A stretch of 64,000 nt of DNA from the human T2T-CHM13v2.0 reference genome, Homo sapiens. Shown here one piece after another: positions 1-12,728 of the stretch. Position 1 is the first letter of the stretch, and each line of letters begins with the position of its first letter. Both the position numbers and the translations under genes were made by a program. The notes beneath the pieces are model-generated. The model was not told the DNA's origin. It worked only from the letters and a program-made list of their open reading frames with translations, and did no database searches. The stretch lies in assembly GCF_009914755.1 (NCBI RefSeq), contig NC_060929.1. One strand, written 5' to 3'.

Positions 1-400
1 AGAATGACCAGTGAGATAATAAGAAAATCAAAGAAACGTAATGTCCTGGAAACCAAGTGAAGTTCAGACAAGTGACCAACCATGTCAAATACTGCTCATA
101 GGCAAGCTAAAAGTTTAGAGTAAAACTTTAAGCTTAGTACTGTGGAGCTCATTTTTAACTTTGAGTAATGTATAGTTTCTATGGGATGGTGGCCATAAAA
201 CTTGATCGGAGTAGGTTTCAGAGAGAATGGGAGGAGAGGAATTGGAGATGGTGACTATGTACAACTCCTTGAAGAGTAGCAAAGAAATGAGGTGAAAGAT
301 GGTAAGGAAAGTGGGATCAAGAGAGTACTTTCACAGTGTCATAGAAATAACAGCATGTTTATATGCTGGTGGGAAAGTTCCAACTGCCAGGAAAAAAATA
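1..400 (-). mobile_element. Old L2 LINE fragment
   Basis: Purine-rich 'gaggaattggagatggtgactatgtacaactccttgaagag...gtgggatcaagagag' resembles the reverse complement of the L2 3' region; heavily diverged, boundaries approximate. Confidence 0.5.
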
Positions 401-1309
401 ACGATGAAGAAGAAAGAAGGTGGAATTGCTGAATGAATAAAAAAATAAATGTATAGATGAACAGGCCAGGAATGAGGACTGGTCGCCACTAACATTTGAA
501 ATAAAATCTGTACAGGTTCAAACCCTACCCACAGCCAAAATCTGGATAGTAAGAAAAATGCTATTGAAATCTTCTCTTCATATAAGGTTTAACAGGATTC
601 TTAAAACATTTAGTATTACAAGAATTTCTCTCATATATCAGCATTTCAGAGATCCATGTGATTGCTATGAATAAAAGACCTCTTGATTTTTTTTTTGTTT
701 CTTCCTCCTTATTCTCTCCCTCTCCCCTGACCTCACACCTCTTCTTTCTTTTCTGCTTTCCACTCATCTCTTCCTCCCTTCCCTTCTCCTTTTGAAGCTG
801 AGAGCAGAAAGGACTCTGTTCTTTTAGCTACCTACTATCTGCCTACCAGGCAGAAGGCTGCTAACTCATATACACTTTAAAGTGATGAGAAATCTACTAC
901 AAGATCACTTCCACATGGGTAGGCTGACCTCCTTTTGGCCTTCCTTAACTTTCACCAGTATCCTTAATATCTTATAGAAACAAGTCTGTCAGAGTGGGGA
1001 AAAAAACCCTACACTCTCATCCTTTCCCTGTGCAAGATTTACAGACACATTGTAAATGGCCAGACCCAGGTGATGGTGCCAGGAACTTTCCAAGTGATTT
1101 GTAGATCTCCCTTCCAGGACATCAGTCTTTAATGGAAAACTCTTTTAGCTGCACATTCCTTTCCTGCAGTATGACTACAGGTAGAGAATTGCAACTGTCA
1201 TAAAGAAGACTCACTGAAATTAACTAGCTATTGACTTGGTCTCAAGACATTACAGTCTAAGAGAAACACCAGCACTGCACAGTTTAGAAAAGCATAGTTT
1301 TTCTTTGAA

Positions 1310-1620
1310 ACTACCATTTATTGAGTTGGCCTACTGCAAGCCAGGCACGGCGTTCGACCCTCTATATACATACACTCTCTTCCTAAATCTATAGATCCAT
1401 CGTCATATATTGGATACTGACTTTGGTCATGATCTGTGCTTTGTGTTTTATGTTATATCACTTAATTGTCACTCAAACTCCATGAGTTTTAGTATCTTTC
1501 CCCATTTTTCAGTTGGGAAAATGGTGGCTCAGACAGGATAAATAACTTGCTCATGTTTGTAAGACTAGTCGTGGAGCTGGGATTTAAACCCAATTGTAGT
1601 TCCAAAGCTTGTGTTCAGAA
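1310..1620 (-). mobile_element. MIR SINE
   Basis: 'ctaccatttattgag...cccatttttcagttgggaaaatggtggctcagacagg...aacttgctc...ggagctgggatttaaaccc' matches the reverse-complement MIR core. Confidence 0.65.
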
Positions 1621-1899
1621 CCTGCCTTTTTGTGGGCTGCTTCTTTTCCCTCCACCTTCTATTATTTCTTGTTCCTATTCTCTTCTGTATACTATCTCTT
1701 CTTTTTTCTATATAAATTCTTTTTTCATCTTTCACTCACAGTTGTAGGTTTTACTTCTTAACACAGCAGAGTGTATCTTCTGGGCTCAGTCTTCACTTTT
1801 CCATCATTGTCACACACTCCATCAAAGTTTAACTCCTCAGACTCTCAAAGCAAATACAATCTTTGCTGACCAACTGTTCATGCCATTTCATTTATCTAA

Positions 1900-2315
1900 T
1901 ATATTCTTGTCATTAATTGTGCCTGTTGACATCTCATTCTTTGAGACAGCATGTCCCTTGTGGGCAGGATCTTCTGCATTATTATAATCTGAGGACCTAG
2001 CATAGGGACTGGCATCTAGTAGGTTTGCAAAAAACACTTGTTTACTGACTAAATAAAAAAGTAAATACACAAATCCTTCAAGGCCAGCTCAAATGTCACC
2101 TATTCCATGAAGCTTTTCTAAGCTTCATTGATTGGAAAAAATTCCTTCTTCCTCACAAAAACTGTAACTCTTTGTACTTTTACATGAGATCCATGACATT
2201 GTCACTTACATGTGTACTTGTTCTATTTTCCTAACTGAAATGTATTTCATTAAAGGCAGAATTCCTATTTTACTCAATTTTGACTCTACTAAGCACAATT
2301 AATGTTTGATGAATA
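1900..2315 (+). mobile_element. L2 3'-end fragments
   Basis: 'aatccttcaaggccagctcaaatgtcacct' and terminal 'aatgtttgatgaataaaagaatg' are typical of the L2 3' end. Confidence 0.5.
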
Positions 2316-3689
2316 AAAGAATGTAAAATCTGAACCTTTCTCTAATAATACAATTTAGCTCTTAACCTTTATTAGGAGATCTCGGACATCTTTGAGGATC
2401 CAATAAAAGCTATAAATCCTTTCCCCATAAATATGCATGTACTTATATTTGTGAAATTCTGCATCTTATTTTCATGGTACTTCTGAATCTCTGGATCCCT
2501 AGTGGGATCTGAGACCATCACTCAATACTACCCTGCATTCAGACCTTTGCTTAAACAATTCTTCAATCTGGAAATTATCCTCTTAGAACTTATCCTGTTT
2601 CCCTTCCCTTCTAACACCCAGTTGAAAATTATTCTCTTCTAGAAACCAAGTAAGGACAGTTTACATTTAAAACTTCACTAACTTAGCTGGCATCTTCTTA
2701 TCAGGCATGACTCATTTCTATTGGATTATGGTCTGAATGTTGATAGATGGCTCAAATATACTTTGTGTATGTGTTATCTGTTTAACTAGATTATAAGTTC
2801 CCTGAAAACAGAATAATATTTATTTCTTTAGTAGAAAGCATCTTTTTCAGTACCTAGGATCTTATTCTGTGCATAGCAAACATGACATAAATGGTTCACA
2901 ACTGGAGATTTAGGATTCTCATGGGGACAACTGACTTTGGGTTTATGTAATGCACATGACAGCTCTCTGCTTAGCTTAAAGTCACACATGTTCCATTTTT
3001 ACCTACAACTTATTGTTATTTTTAATTGTTCATTGCTATAGGCTTATAGCCTGGGACACCTCTGAAATAAAACTAGTATTTGAGAAATCTAGTACCAAGG
3101 CCATTTTCAGAAATGCTTTCTCCAGGAATAGCAGATAGGAGAGGAGTGAAAATCAGATCACATTTCCATACCTCCAAGGACTCTATTTTTGGGGAACATT
3201 TCAAATACTGATTCCAACAACCTAAGTTATTGCCTCTGGAGGATATGAAAAAGCTTCAAACTTGAAAAAGTCCATAACTATTAAATGCGTTGGCAAAATT
3301 CCTTTCTTTCCAACACACACCATAGCAGGTTTCTAGCACTGACTGTGATGCATTGCTTTCTGCAAAGTTCTTGGGGAATAAAAAATGATATGTCAGTATT
3401 TTATCAGGTAACAGAAGGAACCAAACCATTAAGCACTGAAGATATAGACTCAACACTGGCCACAATCTCAAATATACCTCCTGCTTCTTCACCTGAACTT
3501 GTATCAACAGTAAAATGTACTAGACACCATTTTGGGGAAGCTTTGGGGTAATACAACCTTTTGGTAGGTCATCATTAAGAACACTTTGTGAACGGGCCCT
3601 TTCCTCCCTCGCAAACTATCCCCTGACCTCCCTCCTTACCATTTTCTAGCCCTACTTTTGCTTTCAGGATCTCATAAATTTCCTGCTTT

Positions 3690-4075
3690 CCCCCTTAATT
3701 TGGGGAAACATGCTTTGCCTAAACTAGTCCCCCGTCCTCCCTTTTCCTTAGCCAACATCTCTTCATTTTAAAAAATTTCAGCTTGAACAACAGCACTTCC
3801 TGAGAGTGGACTTTTCTGACAACCTATTTTAAAGTCTTCACATTGTTCTTTATAGTACTCTATCCTTTTTCTTTAATGCATCTACCATAATTCATCATTA
3901 TGTATATTATGTATGTTTTTGAGTGTTTATTGTTAATGTCTGTCTCCCTTGTAAGACTACATAATTCACAAGAATTCATAATTCACAGGAAGCACAGCTG
4001 ATTTTTTTTTTAACCAACGGTATTCCTGGCCCCTAGCCCAATGTTTGACACATAGTAGACATGCAAGCATTGTTC
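3690..4075 (+). mobile_element. L2 3'-end fragment
   Basis: 'tgtctgtctccct...cctagcccaatgtttgacacatagtagac' resembles the L2a 3' terminus. Confidence 0.5.
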
Positions 4076-4097
4076 AAGGAAAGTATGGTTTTCTAAT

Positions 4098-4448
<351 letters not shown>

Positions 4449-4999
4449 TCATTCTAGTTAATAAGGTCTATGCTGAGCTAATCATATACACGAAAACACA
4501 TGCATTATAAAATGCACACACACCCTTCTGCTACTTAAATTCCAGCCCTTGTCTAAACCAGTCTCCACCCTTTCAATTTGCAGGAAGAAAGGCAATCGAA
4601 CACCAGAGACTGGGTGGGAAGATCTTTATATGCCAAGAAGTCTGACCCAGTGAACTATTTCAGTCACATACGCAGTTTGAATTGGATTGCCCGATCCCTG
4701 AGAAGGGATTTCTGGATTAGACAGTTCATTAGAGGCTGAGCCAGCTTCTAGGGCTTGTCAGTCTTTGCTCTGCATGCCTGGAATTAGCAAAGTGATGCAG
4801 TGAAGGCTGCCTGAGTGACAGCTGCCAGTGAGTCACATGAAATAATGGCTGAAATAGCAGCTACTTAGAGGCAACAACCACACCTGCAGCACAGAATCCC
4901 AAGACGAAAATGAGATTTGCTGTCCATTGAAAACTATTTACTGAGCACCTTCTATGTGCCTGACCTAGGACTTTGTCTTGAGAAATAATTCTAAGAGTT

Positions 5000-5485
5000 G
5001 ATCAATAGCAGTCTTGTAATCCCAGGTTAAATTATAGCTTCCACATTTACTAGCTGGCAAATCTTGGGTTTATTATTTAACCTCTCTCTCTGCCCCCTAC
5101 TTATTTAATCTGCAAAATGGAGATGATGATATTATGTTGAGAATTATGTACATAAATTTATGCAAAGCACTTAGAATGGTACCTGACACACATAAGCACT
5201 AAATGTTAGTATAGTATTTTACCTAGAAGTAACATAATGAATGGTTAACAGAATGACTTTAGGTGTCAGAAAGATACCATTCATCTCTGTCATTTACAAG
5301 TGATGTGCCTTTGGGCAAGTTACTTGAGTTCTCTGAATCTCAGTTTCTTTATCTGTAAAATAAGAATAATATTGGTACCATTTTGGAGGGGAATTATGAG
5401 GATTAAATGAGATAAGGATGGGGAGGAGCTTAGCATGATGCCTTGCACATTGTAGCTCCTCAATATATATAATTTGTTGTTGTTG
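5000..5485 (+). mobile_element. Two tandem MIR copies (about 5000-5215 and 5230-5485)
   Basis: Both carry the MIR core, e.g. 'ttgggcaagttacttgagttctctgaatctcagtttctttatctgtaaaat...gaggattaaatgagata'. Confidence 0.75.
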
Positions 5486-5589
5486 TTCCCAGTGGATCAC
5501 TCATCTGGATCCCAGATAAGGCAGAGCAAGGCTCCACAGCTCCACATCATGGGACCAAATAGCCCAGAGGATACCAGTTGGAGTGGATA

Positions 5590-5684
5590 GGTCATATCTG
5601 ACAAGCAGATTTATTTTATTTGGACTAGTTTATTAACATTGCAGTATTAGCCCACACAAAGGTTTCCAACATTTTGAATGAGTT

Positions 5685-5722
<38 letters not shown>

Positions 5723-6130
5723 AGACGGAGTCTCGCTCTGTCGCCCAGGCTGGAGTGCAGTGGCGGGATCTCGGCTCACTGCAAGCTCCGCCTCCCGGGT
5801 TCACGCCATTGAATGAGTTTCTATCATCTAAAAAGTATAAAGTTTCATTTTAAACAATTGAGATTTTTCAGTTTCTTTAGAAAAATGAAGATTGGCAACA
5901 TCAAGCTGGCATTCCCATATGGCCATTCCTGACTTGAGTGGGGAAGCAGCTGCTCCCTTTAGAAGGGCATAGGTCTTGAATTTACTGCACCTCCTAACAT
6001 TTCCTAGTGTACCCCCAGCCTTAGTGTCAAGTGCCAGCTCCCATTTACCCTCCTGAGGTTTTCCTCTACCTCTCTGCTTTCATCTTTTACGCTACTTTGC
6101 CTCTGTAGGCATCTGAGTTAGCAGCTGCTG
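5590..6130. mobile_element. MER102-like hAT-Charlie element, interrupted by an Alu
   Basis: 'cagctgctccctttagaagggcat' and terminal 'ctctgtaggcatctgagttagcagctgctg' resemble my recollection of MER102. Confidence 0.55.
5687..5810 (-). mobile_element. Severely 5'-truncated AluYa5-type element
   Basis: T35 tail (5687-5721) plus about 90 nt of right arm with CpGs intact. The reverse complement reads GCCGAGATCCCGCCACTG (Ya5 diagnostic C). Perfect TSD ttgaatgagtttct at 5674-5687 and 5809-5822. Confidence 0.92.
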
Positions 6131-6234
6131 GTCTTTACTGTTGAGTGGTATCCTCTGCAAACTGGTACCTCTCTACAGGGCTGCATGCAAGGTAGCAACA
6201 CCTTTATCCACACAACGTTAGGTCATTTGTCAGC

Positions 6235-6308
6235 ACTGCAAGTGCAAGTATGGAATGAAAAAACAGTCAAAACTGCAAATGCAAGTGTGGAATGAAAAAA
6301 CAGTCAAA
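6235..6308. repeat. Tandem duplication, 2 x 37 bp
   Basis: actgcaagtgcaagtatggaatgaaaaaacagtcaaa / actgcaaatgcaagtgtggaatgaaaaaacagtcaaa (2 mismatches). Confidence 0.95.
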
Positions 6309-7756
6309 TCACAACTAAGGGCTGGCCTAACCAGTAAGCTGAGCACATCCTTGGAGGACAGCCTCTTACCCAGAAGTTGACTGCATGAATTCACTATTCA
6401 CTCACCCTGAATCTTCTCCAGTTTCATTTAGACTGAGGGTAGAGGATATGGGACAAAGGATAGGGGTGCTATACAACAATACTTCAAAACTTGGTTAATC
6501 TAAAATATATCATATGGACCATTAGTTCCTTAAGATGCTGTTTCTTGGGGGGAAGATGTCGAACACTGTTGGGAAATAGCTCATACACTGTCCCTCATCT
6601 TGGGGATTTATCTGGGTAAATATTGAGTTGTCCCATCAGAAAGAAGTTCACCCACAGTTCATACATTAACAGATATTTACTAAGGACTTACAGATATTTA
6701 TTAAGGTTTTATTAAGGACTTGCCAGGCACTGTTCTTTTTGGTGTTGGAGATTCAGTATTGACAGTCAATATTAAATCTGAATATTGACAGATTCAGTTC
6801 AGACAATCCTGAACTCAGGTAACTTATTCTAGTGTGGAGTAAAGAAGACTTCACTCTCTTTCCAAATTTATCTGACTATAGAATGCTACTGAAAAATACT
6901 GCTTTATACATAGTGCATAGCCACTTGCAAATCCTATCTCTTGAGACTTTTCATGATAAAGGAATGATGGAGATTTTCACTTCTGTGAATACATAAGAGA
7001 ATCAGACCACTCCAAAATGTTTTAGAGAAACAGATAATTTATTTTTTATTTCTTGAAAAGTCAATTAACCCACCAGAGCAGCCTTAATTTGGAAAGAACC
7101 ACAGCCTCACCTGGGGACTCAGGCCTGGCTAAGTTTTCTGAGAATATCACATGAAGGGTTAACTTGACATTTACCTCCAAACTGGAGCTGTTTTTCTCTG
7201 CCTCTAATATGACCCTGTTGGAAATGTATTTGTTTTTCACTATTTAATCTTCTGCATCACCCACTGTTGATTAGATTTAATTAATTTATGTTTCTAATGA
7301 ATTTAGAAACTTGCAGTGCTATAGCAGGAAAATTTTCAGACAGCATCTGGCCACCAAATGGATTGATTACCTTGTCTGCAAAAGTCTTTCAAACATCTGG
7401 GGCCTGATTTTGTGAAACATCCAGAGGCTCTTTCAAAGGTAAGAAAACCCACACAGAAGAATCTTGAGGGGAGAAAGAGAGAAGGTGCTAGAAATAGGTA
7501 GGATTCTCTTTGATTTGCAAACCAGGATCCTGGCACTCTCCCAACATGAAATCACATTTTGCTGCTCGTTGGCACAGTTTCAATGGCACCAAATAGACTG
7601 ATCTGAATCTATTTTGTTCAACATCATTGGATTCCACCAGGCCCAAGCCAGGCTGCCGCCCTGTGCGCTTCTTTGGCACTTCCTTCTATGTGGAAGCTCC
7701 CAGTGATCATTAAGGCGAAACATTTACAGAAAACATTCAGAGAGAAGCACTTTGCT

Positions 7757-8420
7757 CTCATTCACTCAACAAACATTTATCAGGAGCCCACTGTGTGCCT
7801 GGCACTGAGCCACGCATACCTCTTAAGTAGCTCTTGCAACAACCTTGCAGGATAGGTAGGTACTGCTCTCCCATTCTCATAGATGGGACCAAGTAATAAG
7901 TAAAAATAACAATAATCATTAAGGTTAACAGGAACACTACTAATATAGATGTAGAGATATGCATACCCACACAGCAGGCTCTGTGTGAAGAACTTTACAT
8001 GCATTAACTCATTTAACCCTCACAATAAAACCATAAGGTAGATGTCATTATTACTACCCCCATTTTACAGATGAGGAAACTGAGTCACTGTAAGCTTATG
8101 TTAACCCAGCTAGCCTTTGGCAGAACCAGCCTTCTAACATAGGCAGTCTAACTTGAGAGCTTTTTGCTATAAACCACTCAACTTTACTACCTCCAGATAC
8201 TATTTACTGAAGACCTGCTATATGTTAGGTACTATCTTACAGCTTTTACAACATTAGATTTTAATGACATTTACGCCATATGCAGTGGATGCTATTATTC
8301 CCAGACAAGAAAACAAAAGCCTAGAAACATTAAGTAACTTGTTGAAGTCACAAAGAGAGTTAGTAAGACTTAGGCTATGGCTTAACTCAGGTCTGCGGAG
8401 CTACAAAGGCCACTTTCTGC
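7757..8420 (-). mobile_element. Cluster of MIR copies plus an L2 tail
   Basis: 'cattcactcaacaaacatttatc' (L2 tail) and repeated MIR cores such as 'cccattttacagatgaggaaactgagtc'. Confidence 0.7.
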
Positions 8421-8939
8421 TTACTGAGTTATCTGCTGATGAATCAGAGAAAAAATGAGTGTTGAGAACTCAATAGCTTTCTCAAAGCTGCCCCAGGAAA
8501 CAAACTAAAAGTCAGAAGGCATAGCCTGGCTGCTTTGCACAGCCCAGCCCAGTCCAGAAAAGGGGAAGCTACAAAATATGCTACAAAGAATAAGAAAAAC
8601 AGCTTCATCTAACAGAAGTAGGTGAAATCTTATTGCCTGACTGGTTTTTCTGGCTCAAATTCAGAGAAATGACTGACAAGCAAGTGGGTTGCCCACAGTA
8701 TAAACAATAATGAAAAAGCCTGCAATGCTGAACATCTGAAATTTTTTGCAATGTTGCACAATCAGGTTAGTGCCTAATACATAGTATAAAACACAATTAT
8801 ATACAGTACCAGTGTTGAAGAAACCCAGTTTGACATGGTTCTTGTGATAGAATATAATTACTAAGTCTGGCCATTTCTTTTGATTAAAAAACTTACTTTC
8901 TTTGACTTCTCTCTTGTCTACTGCCACTACCTAAACATG

Positions 8940-9260
8940 AACAGGTCCTTGCTCCTCTTTGGGCCTTTGTATGTGCCTTTCTCTGCCTGGAACCTGGCTA
9001 ATCTCTATTCATCCTCGATCCTCAGATTGTCGTCTCTTCCTCCAGGAAGTCTTCCTTGACTTTCCTATTCTGGGTTAGATGCCCATTTTAAGCACAATGT
9101 ATATTTCCTCCTATTATAGCATTTATTACACCGTAAGGTAACTGTTTATTTGTTGGCCTCCTCATTGAGAGAGCATATGTTGGTTACCACTATATTCCCA
9201 GTGTATGGGTATGGTACATAATAAGTGTCCAATAAATATTTAATTGATTGGATGAATTGG
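8940..9260 (+). mobile_element. L2 3'-end fragment
   Basis: 'tctcttcctccaggaagtcttccttgac...ggtacataataagtgtccaataaatatttaattgattggatgaat'. Confidence 0.6.
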
Positions 9261-9409
9261 AGTGAACCTCATAACATCCTCTTTGTTGGTCTCCCTGTTT
9301 GAAACCTCTCACCTCCACACTTTGTGCTACATCCCGTCAGTCATTCAGCTTTCCTTTAAACTTTCATAGTGTCATTTTAAGAAATCACTTCCCTTTGAAC
9401 ACTCACATA

Positions 9410-9607
9410 AAAGTCGGAATACTGATAATCTCTGGGCGAGGGAGAATTAAGTAAGAGTGGGCAAGAGAAAATCTTACGGAGTCCTAAAACTGTCCTGTAC
9501 CTTTATGTGGGTAATGGTGACATGGTTGTATACATGTATAAAAGTCATTAAGCTGAATACAAAAGAATAATGCTCGTTATTGTGAGTAATTAACACCTCA
9601 GAATAAA
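9410..9607 (+). mobile_element. Old L1M (ME-like) 3' end
   Basis: 'gggtaatggtgacatggttgtatacatgtataaaagtcattaagctgaatac...cctcagaataaa' resembles L1M 3' termini. Confidence 0.55.
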
Positions 9608-10189
9608 CACATGAATCCTTTGAAAGATCACTTGTGTTGATAGGATAAAATCCAGACCTCCTTGCCCCAGTTTTCATTGTTCTTTACTGATTGGCCCAAT
9701 GGTCGATGTACTTGTTCAAACTCACTTTTCTAAAACACACGCCCTGATCTTCTAACAGGTCCTGAAACCCTTCTCACTCATTCCCATCTCTGTGCTTAAA
9801 ATCATGTTTTCTTACCCTAAATGTTTATTTCTCTTCCTCCCACCTTACAAAAGCTCCTCCCCCTCTTGGAGGGCCAGGACAAATTCATCCATACAAACTC
9901 AACAAATCCACAAATCTCATTAATCCCTTTTTTCTCTGAACCTTTGACTATTTTGTCTGTTTCATTCATTCGTGCCAACATTTCCTGAGGACTGTAAGTT
10001 CCTTGAAGGCAGGGATGTTATCTTATTTTCAATTTTTATATTTAGGACAGTGCCTGGTACAATGGTAGATTCTCAATATATATTTGTTGTGAATATACCA
10101 AAGTCCTACTTACATGTCCAGACCCTGGGCAGCTATGAGTCTATACAGAGATTAAAAAGGCAGGTTGTCTATGTCCTTTAGAATGAAAA

Positions 10190-10370
10190 CATAGTGGTGT
10201 TAAGCCCATGGACTTAGGATTCCCACATGATTTCAAATCCAGGTTTTGCAACTCACTGGCTCTGTGATCCAGTGTATTCGATGGCCATCCCAAAAACTCA
10301 GTTTCCTCAGCTGTAAAATGGGGACTGTCATAGGTTTTTTTTTTTGAGGGTTACATGAGAATATAAACAT
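10190..10370 (+). mobile_element. MIR SINE
   Basis: 'ctcagtttcctcagctgtaaaatgggga' MIR core. Confidence 0.65.
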
Positions 10371-12484
10371 TTATTTTATTAGTGAGCTTTTATTGAATTT
10401 GTTGTTTTGCTAAATAATACACAATTCCACCCAAATAAAAGCTTATGCCCTTGATGTTATAATGCAAAGAATTCAGCATAGTGATCGACTCACAGGGAAC
10501 ACTGAACACATGGTAGCTATTCTTATCAGAGCTATTATAATCCAAATATATAGTTGCAGTGAGAAAAATCTATAAATTAGGAGGTAAAAATGTAGAAAGC
10601 AAGGAGAGTGGACTCGTTGTGAGATATATACATGTGCACACAAACACAGAGTGAATCTAATCTGTAACAAATTCCTTAGGGAAATTCCATCACATCCCAT
10701 TAACACGGTCCCAAAGGCAGGAGCTGGGCTGATCTTGACATATTTAATATCTTTGAAAAAATTCTGAAACCATAATCATCTCAAAATGGTATACAAAAGC
10801 AAGTCTATCTGGGAGTTACATGCAAACACATTTTACCTTAGTTCTAGCTTACATAATTCTTTAATCATCATAATTCCTAGTGCTTCTCTTAAAACTTTTG
10901 ACCTTAAGAGGATGATTGACAGTTAGGAAAGGGAGAACACCGCTCAATAGGGTTTTGACAGTTAGGAAGGGAGAACACTGAGGAACAAGTTCTCAGTGTG
11001 TTTTTACACACTCATTTAAAAGGCAACAGTTTAATAATTCTAATTCATATATACTTCTATTAATGCGATCAATAATTCATAGAAATTCCTCAGCAGCATT
11101 TTTAGTGACAACAGAAAGGGTAAAATATTTCTTCTCTTCCCTTTGCCTTCCTTTCCTCACTTAGTCATGCCTGGAGCCTGGAGAGCACACAATTTCAAGA
11201 AAACAGTTTCCATGGTGATTCTTCTTTTGAGTACCCGACTGTATTTTGCTCTTTCTGGAGTGAATTAATGCTTCTTATTGCTTTCATGCTAAATATATTG
11301 CAGATTAGATTTGATTTCCTTTGCAGTGATATAGTTTTATTGCGAAAATGGAAAGTAAAAACACAGCATGAAGAACCTATGTATTTCTGCCACTACACTG
11401 TCAGAAGGCTGGAAAAAAAATCCGTTTCAGAAAAAAATAACCAGCCATAGGGAAATGGATGCAGGTATCTGGAAGCTAGGATATGCATGCATGCATCTAA
11501 ATGTTGGAAAGCCTGCCTTAGAAGATAATCTTAATTCTTCTATAAGTTGAAGGTGTTATAAGTTGACCATAAAACACTGAGTTACAAGACATATCGATTT
11601 TTAGTGTACTATCCTCTTCTCAGCACAGAAAATATATATCATATAGAACAAAGAAATCTTCAAACCCACAATATGGCACTTACTTTATATTTTATTAAGG
11701 AGAGCTTTGTTTCCTACTAAAGCTAAATAACTGGCCTTCTTTCACTTGTTAAAATAGTTATGTGACCTTCCTAAGATTCCCATAGCACCCTGCATTTCCT
11801 GACATAGAATTTATCACATGTACTTACTATCCACTATGTCCATCTTCCTCACTAGACTCTAAAAGGGCAGGGCCCATGTCTGTCCTGTTCACTGTTGTAC
11901 CTTGTGCCTAGCATGGCACATGGGAAGCTGAAAATTATAACAAGAAAACTATGAAAGCTAACTCTGAGGCACTGAGGATTTTCTTGTAAAGCATCAGTGG
12001 GCTGGTGTGCTGGATAGAGATGGAATCTCATGTACATTATAAATACTCAAATCTTAGCAGCAGCTATTGGTTTTGATAGTCAGTCCTACCTGGAGCCTTG
12101 ATCATTACTTGTCTTTGAGGCACTAAGGAGTTAAAGGGAAGAATCCATCATGCCAGAGGAGGAGGAACAAAAAGCAGGCACCATCCTCTAAAGCCTCCTT
12201 CTCCACCACTGCATCCCCACCTCTCAGAGCCTGGAGCCAAGCACTTACTGGGCGTCAAACAAGCAGGAAGAAAACTAGGATTTTGGCCAATTTAAGCCAA
12301 CTAGGGAGTATTCAGCATCTATGCCAAACTAGATATGACTGTCCTAGGTGCTGCTGAGGACAAAGAGTGGAACACAGGACTTTTTGGCTCTAGCGAGTTT
12401 ATAGTCTCAAAGGGATTCTTTTGGGATTGTGCAGAAGGGGAGTATGGCCAAGTATAAACACACACACATACCCTGATTATTAAC

Positions 12485-12728
12485 AATAGTGACCATATTT
12501 ATTGAACAACCCATTAGGCACACTTCTAAGCACCACATATGCATGAACTCACTTGATCCTCATAGCAAATCTGTTTATTCCTATTATTTTCATTTGACAT
12601 ATAAAGAAATTGAGACTTTGAAAGGCTAGGTAACTTGCCTAACATCCTAAAACCAGTTAGTAGTGGAGCTAAGATTCAAACCCACACAGTCTAGTCCTTG
12701 AGTCAATATCTTAACAACAAAACCATTC
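12485..12728 (-). mobile_element. MIR SINE
   Basis: 'atttattgaac...aggtaacttgcctaacatc...gtggagctaagattcaaacccacacagtct'. Confidence 0.7.

Noticed and set aside
3285-3551. 88-aa plus ORF with an exon-like stretch (ttttatcag|GTAACAG...TCAACA|gtaaaa; VTEGTKPLSTEDIDSTLATISNIPPASSPELVST)
   Set aside because: Weak polypyrimidine tract, non-consensus donor, no recognisable protein similarity and no partner exons. It cannot be supported without RNA or conservation data.
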